From assembly GCF_009914755.1 (NCBI RefSeq), contig NC_060932.1: 64,000 nucleotides of DNA. One strand, 5' to 3'. The notes beneath the pieces are model-generated. The model worked only from the letters and a program-made list of their open reading frames with translations, was not told the origin of the DNA and made no database searches. Shown here one piece after another: positions 30,856 to 43,649 of the stretch. Position 1 is the stretch's first letter. Each line of letters begins with the position of its first letter. The DNA comes from the human T2T-CHM13v2.0 reference genome, Homo sapiens. The translations under genes were made by a program, and so were the position numbers.

Positions 30856-31190
30856 TGAGCCAGTTTTTACAATATTAAAGTGAGATTTGGAAGACCTAGA
30901 GATGTCCAGGTTGCTAATGCTTGGGTTGTACAAGATAAGAAATACTAAAGTCCAGTAAAAGAAAAAAAAAGCATATTGGCTTGATGTTCTTTGATTATAG
31001 TGTTTGAGCGTTTTTCAACCATCCTGATTTTAAAATATCAACTTCAGTATATTCATGGAAACAAGGTACAGTTGTTGAGAGCCAGTGTTTCAGGGTTCAA
31101 ATCCCAGCTTTACCCCTTACTTTTACTTCTGTGATTCAGTCTTCTCATCCATACAATGAAGGTAATAATAATGCTTGCCTCATAACATTA

Positions 31191-33463
31191 TGATATGGTT
31201 TGGCTCTGTGTCCCCACCTGAATCTCATCTTCAATTGTAATCCCCATGTTTCAAGGGAGGGACCTATAATCCCCACATGTTGAGGGAGGGAAGCAATTGG
31301 ATCACGGGGGCGGTTCCCCCATCTTGTTCTCACAATAGTGAGTTATCATGAGATCTGATGGTTTTATAAGTGTCTGGCATTTTGCCTGCTTGCACTTCTC
31401 TCTCCTGCTGCCATGTGAAGAAGGTCCTTGCTTTGCCTTCACCTGCCACCATGGTTGTAAGTTTCCTGAGGTGTTCTCAGCCATGTGGAACTGTGAATCA
31501 ATTAAACCTCTTTTCTTTATAAATTACCCAGTCTCAGGAAAGTTCTTGATAGCAGTGTGAGAATGGACTAATACAGAGAATTGGTACTGCGGAGAGTGAG
31601 GTACTGCTATAAGGATACCCAAAAATGTGGAACCAACTTTGTAACAGGCAGAGGTTGGAACAGTTTCGAGGGCTCAGAAGAAGACAGGAAGATGTGGGAA
31701 AGTTTGGAACTTCCTAGAGACTTGTCGAATGGTTTTGACCAAAATGCTGATAGTGATATGGACAATGAAGTCCAGGCTGAGGTGGTCACAGATGGAGATG
31801 AGGAACTTATTGGAAACTAGAGCAAGGGTCATTCTTGCTATGCTTTAGCAAAGAGACTGGTGGCATTTTGCCCCTGCCCTAGAGATCTGTATAACTTTGA
31901 ACTTGAGAGAGATGATCTGAAATTGGAACTTCCATTTAAAAGGGAAGCAAAGCATAAAAGTTTGGAAAATTTGTAGTCTGACAATGTAATAGAAAAGAAA
32001 AACCCATTTTCTGGGGAGAACTTCAAGCCAACTGCAGAAATTTGCGTAAGTAACAAGGAGTCAAATGTTAATCACCAAGACAATGGGGAAAATATCTCCA
32101 GGGCCTATCAGAGGTCTTCACAGTATCCCCTCCCATCACAGGTTGGGAAGCCTAGGAGGAAAAAATGGTTTAATGGGCCAGGCCCAGGGCCTTGCTGCTT
32201 TGTGTCATCTCAGGACTTGGTTCCCTGCATCCCAGTCATGGCTAAAAGGCACCAACGTACAACTCAGGCCATTGCTTCTGAGGGTGCAAGCCCCAAGGTT
32301 TGGCAGCTTCCATGTGGTGTTGGGCCTGCATGTGCACAGAAGTCAAGAACTGAGGTTTGAGAAACTCTGCCTAGATTTCAGAGAATGTATGGAAATGCCT
32401 GGATGTCCAGGCAGAAGTCTGCAGGGGCAAAGCCCTCATGGAGAACCTCTGCTAGAGCAGTGCAAAGGGGAAATACAGGGTTGGAGCCCCCACACAGGGT
32501 CACCACTGGGGCACTGCCTAGAGGAGCTGTGAGAAGAGGGCCACCATCCTCCAGACCCCAGAATGGCAGATCCACCAACAGCTTGCACTGTGTGTCTGGA
32601 AAAGCCTCACACACTCAACACCAGCCATGAAAGTAGCCAGGGAGTGGGGCTGTACCCTGTAAATCCACAGGGATGAAGTTGCCCAAGGCCATGGGAGCCC
32701 ACCCTTTGCATCATCATGCCCTGGATTTGAGACATGGAGTCAGAGTAGATTATGTTGGAGCTTTAAGATTTAATGACTGCCCCACTGCATTTTGGACTTG
32801 CATAGGACCTGTAGTCCCTTTGTTTTGGCCAATATCTCCCATTTGGAATGGATGTATTTACCCAATGCCTGTACCTTCATTGTACCTTGGAAGAAATAAA
32901 CTTGTTTTTGATTTTACAGGCTCATGGATGGAAGGGACTTGCCTTGTCTCAGATGAGACTTTGGACTGCAGCTTTTGACTTAATGCTGAAATGCGGTAGG
33001 ACTTTGGGGGACTGTTGGGAAGGCATGATTGGTTTTGAAATGTGAGGACATGATATTTGGTAGAGGTCAGGGATGGAATGATATGGTTTGGCTCTGTGTC
33101 CTCACACAAATCTCATCTTGAATTGTAATCCCCATGTATTGAGGGAGGGACCTGTAATCCCCACATCTTGAGGGAAGAACGTGATTGGATCATGGGGGTG
33201 GTTTCCCCTATCCTGTTCTCATGATAGTGAATGAGTTCTCATGAGATCTGATGGTTTTATAAGTGTCTGGCATTTCCCCTGCTTGCACTTCTCTCTCCTG
33301 CTGCCATGTGAAGAAGGTCCTGGCTTCCCCTTCCCCACCATGATCATAAGTTTCCTGAGGTGTCCCCAGCCATTTGGAACTGTGAGTCAATTAAACCTTG
33401 TTCCTTTATAAATTACCTAGTCTTAGAAAGTTCTTTATAGCAGTGTGAGAATGAACTAATACA
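31191..33463 (+). mobile_element. Full-length THE1D (ERVL-MaLR) provirus: LTR 31191-31575, internal 31576-33078, LTR 33079-33463
   Basis: Two 385-bp tgatatggtttggc...actaataca LTRs, THE1-int sequence, perfect 5-bp TSD catta at 31186-31190 and 33464-33468; inserted in a MIR. Confidence 0.95.
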
Positions 33464-34019
33464 CATTAGTAGCAAGATTAAGTGACTAAATATTCATAAA
33501 ATCCTCAGAACAACGTCTGACACATGGTGTTTATTAAATAAAAGATTAAAAACTAGAATCTTTTGAGGTCTCTAATTGTCTCCTAGATTTTATCCCTCTT
33601 CCCAGAACATATCTGCCTCCTTCCTCTCCTGACCCAGAAGAAAAAGTCTACTGAAAAGCAGAATGCAATCAGTTGACTCTCCCTAGCCTCCACAAAATAG
33701 ATTCATGTCCAAGGACCAAGAATAAATAATTGGCCTGATATTGATTTGGTTTTAGGGTCATTCTTTCTTTCCAGTGACTAAGTTGTTGTATTTAGAGCAC
33801 TAAGAAATCAGTGATTTACAAAATGGTGTTTTGATTGTGGAGTGTAAAAGAATGGATACCCTCGTAAAATGGCAAAGTTAGTGGAACAGTATTTTGGCTG
33901 GGCAGAATGTTTCAGGTTATCCCAGGCATTTAAAATCACAGGTAATGATTCTGTCTTAAATCCTTGATTGAAACGTTTTTTCCCACTCAGAAATTCAGAC
34001 AATAATTCAGACAATGTAC

Positions 34020-34400
34020 TGTGATGTTTATTACAGTATATTTTATAATAGTGAAAAATTGAAAATAATTTATATGCTCAACAATAATAGGGACTAGTAA
34101 ATGAATTATGGTGCAGCCACATACTAAAATTATGCAGCCACTGAAAGATGTATTTCAAAGAGCTTTCAATGACAGTTCAATGTTTTCAGTATAATGTTAA
34201 GCGAAAAGAGCAAGACACAAAACAGCGTAAAGTGCAGAATCTCAATTTTGTGACAAATATACACACTCACCCAGATGCTCAAAGGAAAAACAAAAAGACT
34301 AGAAGAATATATGTCAGAAGCATACTGGCGGTTGCCCCTGGGAGGTGAGATACTAGATGGTTTTAATTTTTTCCTTATATTTTATATGCATATCCCTAAA
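34020..34400 (+). mobile_element. L1ME-type 3'UTR fragment
   Basis: ttataatagtgaaaaattgaaa; taaatgaattatggt; ataatgttaagcgaaaagagcaag. Confidence 0.65.
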
Positions 34401-35559
34401 TGACAGATCTTGACAAAGGTCCACACATTCCTGCTACTGAGATCCCTGAGCTGCCCTATATTCTTCACATCCTGTCTGTCAAACTCTCTTTCCATTATGT
34501 GTGATTCCCTTGTCTCCACTCAGGAATTTTCCCTTTTTCTTAAGAGGGAAGATACGGTTTCAGTTGCTTGAAAATAACAGAATATTATTAGTACTATGCC
34601 CTAATTGCTTCAGATGCATATATTTCGTATCCTCAACTAAATTGTTAGTTCTTTGACACTATGGACTAGGTCTTTTAGTTTTCTCTGAGTTCTTGGTACA
34701 TAGGAACTCAAATACTGGTGTTTCCCTTGAATAGGCTGGGAGCCTAAAAAGGCACATAACAAACGTCTTCTAAATGAATACAGGTGACTGAGAGGCGTAA
34801 GTCGTGGGGAAGGTGATACACAACAAATAGCATATCCTCCCTAATCAGCTGCTGAGGCACATGACCAGGGCTTTTCGAGAGCAGAGCTAGCTTTTAGGGG
34901 AAGAAAAAGTCCATGAGTGCTGATCCTGTTATAAAAACACTCTTTCCCCTGCTAGTCATTAACCTGTAAGCCCAAGTCACTCAGAGAGTGCATCAGCAAT
35001 GCATGCCCTGCAGCAGAATCCCTCTCCAGTTGAATTTAACTGAGGCTTGGATGGCATAAACAAGGATCAATCCTGGGGACGTTTTAAGGGGACTTTCTGA
35101 AGTCAGAAAATGCACACCTGCTTACATACTGAAACCTTCCAACTAGGCTTCTTTTTTTAATGAAACGGTTTCATAGATAATGTCTATTTTGTGCAATAAG
35201 TTTCTTTACAAGCATCATGCAATATCTATATCACCCCGCTAAAAGGAAATTGAAACAAAGGTAAGTATCACTGCTTCTACACTGCACTTGGTAGTCTGTC
35301 CTTCGTGTCCATGTGTCTGTCTCCTTTGGTCTCTGCCTGTCTTTCTCCAACTCTCTTTTTGGGTTTTGGTGCTGCTCCCTTGGCCAAGAATGATTCTGCC
35401 CATATTTCTTCCTGCCATCACCTGTTCTCTGCTTAGATGCCACCCCCTCCAGAGTCCCTTTTATGAACCCCCATCCCCACGCAAACTTCTCCCCTTCCCT
35501 CAGCCTAGACTGGCTAAGATGTCCTCCTGTGTGTCTCCTTTGCACTCTGCTCTCACTCT

Positions 35560-36065
35560 TCACAGCATGTTTTACACTGAATGGTAATGGTCTGCTCATC
35601 TGTCTTCCCACTAAAAGATCTGCCTCATGCAAACTGCATGAGGCCAGCGACTGGCCCTCATTCACCCCTGCATTCACTGTGTCAGCATATGGTATAGAGT
35701 TCAGTCATTCACTCAACAGACATTTGCTGAATGCGTCCTATGTGCCAGGCTCTGTACTAGGTGCTGGAAACAGACCATGAATAAAAACACAGTATCTAGA
35801 TTACTTACCTTCTAGCTTGGAAGACAGATGTGAATCTAATAAACATACAAATAAATATTATTAAACATCCATTATAGTGCCAAGCTCTGCTCTAGATACT
35901 GGGGACTCAACAGTGAATCCCTACCCTTGAGAGTTTACATTTCTAATTACACTGTGATTACCATACAATAGAGAGATACATGGTGCCAGAGGACTTATAA
36001 CAGGGCACTTGACCTGGTCTGCAGGGTGATCAGAGAAGACTTTCCTGAGGAAGTGACCTTGAAAC
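35560..36065. mobile_element. L2 fragments in both orientations
   Basis: cattcactcaacagacatttgctgaatgcgtcctatgtgccaggctctgtactaggtgctgg; cagagaagactttcctgaggaagtgac. Confidence 0.7.
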
Positions 36066-36660
36066 TTCCTAAGCCTGTGCCCCGCCACACTCCATTTATT
36101 GTGCCATACACACAATAAATTGAGTGTGTGTGTGTTTTTGTGTTTGTGTGTATGAGTATCTACATCCACATCTCTATTTACATATAAAGCTCAATATAGA
36201 CATAGACATAGGTATAGACAGACATAGATACATCCTGGGTTCTGAAGGATGAGCAGAAGTTACCTAGGCAAACAGGAAGGGAAGGAATATTCCTGGCAGC
36301 TGGAGGGGTGTAGGCACAGGCTCTGATGCCGATGGCATTACAGTGCATTCATGGAGCTGATGCAATGTAGAGACAATAGGGATGTGGAGAGAGATGGGAC
36401 TGGAGAGGTGGGAAGTGCTGTTGGATACAATGGCTGTTGGATGACCAATGAGTTAGCAGCATACACTCACTGTGGGAGGTGTGACCTGCATGCATTTGCC
36501 ATACTAGTTGAGGACAGTTTCTTCTTCAAGCAGGTGTACATTTCCTGGCTCTCGGTATTTGCTTCCCCTACCAACCTCCTGAGTATTTGCTGATTTATTC
36601 CAGTTGAAGCGACCACTGATGGATGTGGTGTCCCAGACCTGGCCTCATTCTCATGGTCTT

Positions 36661-37018
<358 letters not shown>

Positions 37019-38075
37019 TGATGTTTTGCTGCCCCTGCATATCCCTTTGCCACACTCTGTAATGCCGATAGACATCAGGGAGCTGCAATATGTTATAAAA
37101 ATATTGTAAAACACAAGCAGATAGCTTAATCTACAGTCTTCACAGAGTGAAAAAAAATCGGACCACATCATTTTCTAATTTTGTTATTAGAACTCTCTCC
37201 TCCTTACACAAAGCTGAAAAATTCCTTAGGATGATCATGTAAAGTTTCCTTGAAGGATTTCATATTGTGCTTCTAAAACCTATCTTGTGCTTATTGGAAC
37301 AAACCAGTAAGCTATTCCTTCGCTTGTTTCTCTCTTTTAAAAGGTCTTTTTCATAGAGCAAATTATGTCTAGATGCTAGAATAGGCTCTAATTACTTGTT
37401 TGCTTTTCATCTAAGACTCACAGGCTCCTGGTGGGTGGAATGAGTCACACTGGACCAAGTGTATGACCCCTATCCTTGCTGACTATGAGGCTAAGGAAGA
37501 GACAGCAGAAGGGAGGAAAGACGACAACAGCATCTCAAAAACAAAAGAGCAAGAGATGATGGTGACAACAGGGATTAGGAAGTTACATGTCAAAATGCAC
37601 AGCAAACAGAAATAAACAGGGCAGTGAAAAACACACCTGGGCCAGGCTTTGAGCACCAGAGGCTCATGTCTACCACAGATGGCCCACCTGAGGGGAACAT
37701 CAATGGAATAAAGGCTGGACAAAGGTGAGATGGCGCCGAGCTAGGCTAGATTTGAAAGCAGAGTCAGGAAAATAATAGATACTGGAAATCAAGAAATCAG
37801 GGCATTGAATGATGACAGGAGAGCATGACTTCCTGGAGCTGGAGACATTTCTAAGCAGTTGGCCTCCTATAGATTTCCTATGAGGTGTATCCTGGATCTT
37901 CTAGAAGATATCTGATAATTAGATACCAGGGTAAAATGGAACTAGTGAACATATTAATGTCCTTTTTTTTTTAATGTATTTTTCTGGTCGTAAAAGTAGA
38001 ACATACTGATGCAAAGTGTAAAGGCAAAAATAATCAAATCCTATCACCAAGGGAACTTATTAAGAGTCTTTTTGG

Positions 38076-39332
38076 GGATTCCCTGTTCAATAAATGATGC
38101 TGGGATAGCTGGCTAGCCATATGCAGAAGTATGAAACTCTGGACCACAACTTTTCACCATATACAAAAATTAACTCAAGATGGATTAAAGATTTAAATGT
38201 AAGATCTCAAACTATAAGAATCCTAGAAGAACACTTAGGAAACACCATTCTGGACATCAGCCTCGGGAAAGAATGTATAACTAAGTCCTGAAAAGCAACT
38301 GCAACAACAACAAAAAAAAAATGGACAAGTGGGACCTAATTAAACTAAAGAGCTTCTGCACAACAAAAGAAAATCATCAACAGAGTAAACACAACCTACA
38401 AAATGGGAGAAAATATTCACAAACTATGCATTTAACAAAGGTCTAATATCCTGAATTTATTAGGAACTTAAACAATTCAACAAGCAAAAAACAAATAACA
38501 TTAAAAAGTGAGCAAGAGACATGAAAAGACACTTCTCAAAAGAAGACAGACAAGCAGCCAACACACATATGCAAAATGTTCAACCCCATTACTCATTAGG
38601 GAAATGCAAATCAAAACCACAACAAGATAGCATCTCACACCAGTCAGAATGGCTACTATTAAAAAGTCAAAAAATAACAGATACTGGTGAGACTGCAGAG
38701 CAAAGAGAACACTTATACACTGTTAGTGGGAATGTAAATTAGCTCAGTCACTGTGGAAAGCAGTTTGGAGATTTCCCAAGGAACTTAAAACAGAACTGCC
38801 ATTCAACACAACAATCCAATTACTGGGTATATAGCCCCAAGAAAATATATTGTTCTACCAAAAAGACACATACACTGATAGGTTTATCACAGCACTATTC
38901 ACAGTAGCAAAGACATGGCATCAACCTAGGTGCCCGTCTACGGTGGATTGCACAAAGAAAACGTGGTACTTTTATACCTTGGAATACTATGCAACCATAA
39001 AAACAATGAAATCATGTTCTATGCAGCAACACGGATGCAGCTGGAGGCCATTATCCTAAGCAAATTAACACAAGAACAGAAAACCAAATACTCCATGTTC
39101 TCACTTGTAAGTGGAAATTAAACATGGATATAAAGATGGCAACAATAGACACTAAAGACTACTAGAGTGGGAATGGAGGGAAGCAAGGGTTAAAAAACTA
39201 TCGAGTACTATGCTCACTACCTGGGTGATAGAATCAGTTGTACCCCAAACCTCAGCACCATGCAACATACCCATGTAACAAACCTGCGTATGTACTCCCT
39301 GATTCTAAAATAAAAGTTGAAATTATTTTTTA
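38076..39332 (+). mobile_element. 5'-truncated L1PA15/16-like
   Basis: ORF2 C-terminal remnants (ORFs 38521-38742 and 38930-39121, MQLEAIILSKLTQEQKTKYSMFSL); tail tctaaaataaaagttgaaattat. Confidence 0.9.
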
Positions 39333-40148
39333 AAAGACTCAGGTATTTCCTTAGGTCTTTGTTTTATCTGTGCATATACAAGCACCCTCAAACTTTCCCC
39401 CCTAAATAGGAAAAATATGAAATATTCCATGTTGTAACCTGCTTTTCTATCTTAAACATATATAAAGTTGTTCTTTATCAATATATATAATTTTGTACCA
39501 CTTTAATGACTAAATAGTATTCAATCATATGGATATAAGTAATTTAATCTAGGGGCTCAAAAGGTTTTTTTTATTTTTAATCATTATAAATAATGTTATA
39601 ATGATGCGTTTGCTGATAAAATTCAGTACATAGCTATGATTATCTTAGGATAAATTCCCACAAGTAGAATTGATAGGATAAAGGACACGCATGTTTTTAA
39701 AGAATATGAATACTATTCCAAATTTCCCTTATAAAGGTCATGCCAATTTACACTCCTGGGTCCTTCTATCAGCATATAAGCATTCCCATTTTTTCACTTT
39801 CTCAATAACATGTACTTTTCAAGATGTTAATTCAGGGGAACACTGTCCATGCTAATTAAGGAGATTTGAAGGGAAGCACACATCAAATTCTTGTTATTGC
39901 AGTTTTCTCCCATTCTCAGCCTTTCTCACACTTCCCTACACTCTCCCCTTATTTCCTCCTTGTCATTATTCGGTACCCATCTATCTCTTGCATTAAAGTT
40001 GCTTAGAAGAATCCCTACCCTTGAGTTCCTAACAAAATCCTTGCCTATGTTGTCCGTAGTCAGCACACTCATTTAATTATGCATTCATTTGTTCCAGCAC
40101 TCATCGGGGCCTACCAAGCACTGAGCACATCCGTGAAATAAAACACAG

Positions 40149-40453
40149 GGCCAGGCGCGGTGGCTCAGGCCTGTAATCCCAGCACTGGGGGAGGCCAAGG
40201 TGGGCGGATCATGACGTCAGGAGTTTGAGACCAGCCTGACCAACATGGTGAAACCCCGTCTCTACTAAAAATACAAAAATTAGCTGGGCGTGGTGTTGCA
40301 TGCCCATAATCCCAGCTAATCAGGAGGCTGAGGCAGGAGAATCGCTTGAACCCGGGAGACGGAGGTTGCAGTGAGCGAAGATCACGCCACTGCGCTCCAG
40401 CCTGGGCGACAGAGCAAGACTTCGTCTCAAAATAAACCAAACCAAAACAAAAA
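40149..40453 (+). mobile_element. AluS (Sg-like)
   Basis: Full dimer with ggatcatga-type 2-bp deletion; TSD core aacacag. Confidence 0.93.
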
Positions 40454-41195
40454 AAGAACACACAGTTGTCACACTCAAGGATTTTACCATGGAGTTGAAG
40501 AGAAGAAACATACACATTTCAACAACAGTGATCAAGCATTCATGATGTAGCAGGCCCCCAGAATACAGAAATAAAAAATACCTAGCCTGTGATCTCTAGC
40601 AGCTTATGATTTCATGGAGAAGAGAGACCATAGACAAACAATTTCACCATCACATGGTTAGTGCTATGGATATCACAGTCCTGTGCAAGCAGAGGGTACC
40701 ATGGTGTGGTGGGGAAAGAATGAGCTTCAGAATCAGGCAGCCTAGGTATGAATTTGTGGTTTTTCAACTTTCTAGTTGCGACCCTAGGCAAGCCACTTGA
40801 TGCCTGTTTTCATATATCAAACTTAATGTGCACATCAAATGAAATAAGGTGTGTGCAGGGCCCTGTTACACTACATGGAGACACTCGGTAAATGGTTGCT
40901 GTTAGCAGGGTATGGTCAGTGATGGATTCTTAGAAGAGGAGGGGCTGGAATGGGAATCAGAAGATGTTGCATCATTGGGCACAAAAGGTAGAGAAAGGAA
41001 TTCCAAGCAAGGGAACAGCACTTGCAAAGTAGGGACATGAAAACACGTGACTTGTTTGGAAAATTATGGAAGTTTCGTGGTGTAACATAAAATGAGAGAT
41101 AGGGAAGGGCAGAAAACAACGAACAAGAAGTGGGCAAAAGATCTGCAGAGAGCTTTGTAAGTCACACTGAGGAGCATGGATGTTATCCTCTGTAG

Positions 41196-41386
41196 CTGTG
41201 CTGTCCAATACAGTAGCCACTAGCTGCATGTGCCTATTTAAATTTAAATTAACTAAAATTAAATTGAATTTAAAATTCAGTTCCTCAGTCACACTAGCTG
41301 CATTTCAAGTACTCAGTAGCTGCATACAGGTGGTGGCTACTATATTGGACAGACACCATCGTAGAGACTTCCCTTGGACAGTGCTG
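41196..41386. mobile_element. MER3 hAT-Charlie
   Basis: ctgtgctgtccaatacagtagccactagc...aaaattcagttcctcagtcacactagc...ttggacagtgctg. Confidence 0.85.
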
Positions 41387-41394
41387 CCCTAGAG

Positions 41395-41587
41395 CCTTAC
41401 TACTCAAAGTGATCTGCAGACGAGCAGCATCGGCCTCACCTGGGAGCTAGTTAGAAATGGAAGGTCTCGGGCTCCACCTGAGACTTACTAGCCTGAGACC
41501 TACTAAATTAGAATCCACCTTTTAACAAGATCCATCCCCACCTTCATGGCAGGTGATTCACTTGAATGTGGAAGTTTGAGAAGCGCT
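41395..41587. mobile_element. MER5A
   Basis: ctactcaaagtg...agcagcatcggcctcacctgggagctagttagaaatg...aagtttgagaagcgctg. Confidence 0.85.
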
Positions 41588-43044
41588 GCTCTCTAGGATA
41601 AGGAGCCATTGAAAGGCTTAAGCAGGAGCAGCATGGTCAAACCCACATTTTATAAGTTTGTAAGTGGGAGGATGAATAAGAAGAGGGCAAGACCAGAGGA
41701 AGAGAGACCAGGCAAGAGATGGTGGCAACAGGGCTGCTGCTGCCACATTTGAGCAAGTTAGGAAAAGGTACCTTTTCTGGGTAGAAGCACCAAACAGGCG
41801 TGATGAGCAGAGTCAGGCTGGATTTAAGCTCTCCCTCTGGCGAGGCACCCCGGGCAGTGAGCACCCTGCATGAGCTTACAAGGCAGCATGGTGGCAATTG
41901 TCCAGGTGGGTGATGAGGAAGGCCTGAACTACATGGCTTGAGGATATTGATTAACAGAAAAAAGCCACCACTACATAGGGTAGTGTTTTGTAAAACGCCA
42001 TGTGCTGTAGGAGGAGAGTGCAGCGGCAGGCGTAAGAGAGTAAGGCTGTGCCCTGCAAGAAGCAGAAAGGAGGGCTGGCCTCTTCACATCACATGCTAAT
42101 GGGCTGCCCTGCTCTGTGGTGTCCCTGTCTCATTTCCCATCAGGAAAGTGATTAAACTAATTGCCTTTAACCAGTGCTGTATTTCGGGCATATAATACCC
42201 ATAATTTGGGGTTTGAATACAATTGCAGTAGATTATACTAATCACAGGAAAACTTCATTAAACTAATATGGGTTTATTCAAAAGAGTGTAGTTTTAAGCA
42301 ATCAGTGCTCCCTAGTTGAAATGGTGCTTTCTTGTTTTATAATAAAATATATTGGATAATTCAAAACTCTGTTAATTGGAACTCCATTTTTTTCTAAAAT
42401 GGACTTTTTAGAAAATGTTAACCCATTTGAAAATGTGGTCATCTTTTAAAACATGAGCCATAAAGAAAAAGAAAACTCAGAAGCAACCTTAAAGTAGAAG
42501 ATCTTGAAACTTAGTTCTATTTTGAATACTTTTGGATTTCTGGGACAGGGCCCCTGTGGTAGAGGGATGCAACAAATTTACAATGAACCAGCAGGAAAGG
42601 AGTTGAAGGAATATATGCAAACCTCACACTCCTCCCTCTCCCTCTTCTTCTCCTGGCATCCCCCCACCCGCTGCCACCCCACCACTGGCCAAACCTAACA
42701 GGAGGCCAGGTTGGTAAGGGAAACTGTTGCTGCAGTCCATTCAGGAGAGACTTCCAAAATACAAAGCAATGTGGAAAAGAGTAAAGAGTGAATCCACAAG
42801 AGTGAAGGGTGTGAAGGGTAAGTAACCAGCACTTGCCCCACAAGCACACTCACAGTTATCCACAAACATATTTGTGTAACACCTTACAGTTAGCAAGTAC
42901 TCAACTTTCAAACATTTTTCAAATAAGTACTTGACCCATAGCAGGTACTCCATATATATTTATTGGACAAATCAATGAAATATATTATTTGTCACTGAAT
43001 TGATTTTTTCTATTCCCAATAATTGGGCTTCTTTATAAATTACT

Positions 43045-43190
43045 TTATTATGGAATAATACCACAAAATTTACCATTTTATCCATTTTAAAGTATACAAT
43101 TTGGTGCCATTAAGTTCAGTTGTGATGTTGTGCCACCATCATTCCTGTCTTCTTCCAGAAGTTTTCATCATTCCAAATGGAAACCCTATA
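43045..43190 (-). mobile_element. L1MB 3' end fragment
   Basis: aaatttaccattttatccattttaaagtatacaatt...ttgtgccaccatc. Confidence 0.7.
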
Positions 43191-43649
43191 TGACAAATTA
43201 TTTTTGAAGTGACAGACTTGTTTTTCATGCAAAGATTTGTGAAAGACAAAGGATTTATAAGATCTATTAGATAGTATGATAATTTTCCTATTAGTCAAGA
43301 TTTTAAAAAAAGACTTCAATATTATTTTATTAATAGAAACAGTGAAATACATAGAGCAGTTACATAGAATTAACATACAGACAGCAGTTAATTCAAACAT
43401 GGAACCTGAGTATTTGAGGAAATAACTTCCCATTGACTACCTTGATTGATTGAATTGGCCAGAAAGTCGATTAATTTTTCATTTCAATTGGACTATAGAG
43501 AGATGCTAACGCCCTAATAGCACATCCTTCCTCCTTCTCAAATGATGGAATATCCACTTTCAATTCCCAACCTTTGCCAATGAAGCCAGATAAATCTCTA
43601 AAGAGTTTTGATAACATAATTTGACAATCTCCATCAGCCAGTTCATGGC

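Noticed and set aside
32065-32978. ORFs in the THE1 internal region
   Set aside because: Short, broken remnants of the MaLR internal sequence
35231-35780. 148-aa and overlapping ORFs
   Set aside because: Largely L2-derived or pyrimidine-rich; no recognisable domain or convincing splice structure
38064-39340. 9-bp inverted repeat (gagtctttt/aaaagactc) flanking the L1PA16-like element
   Set aside because: Too short and A/T-rich to distinguish from chance
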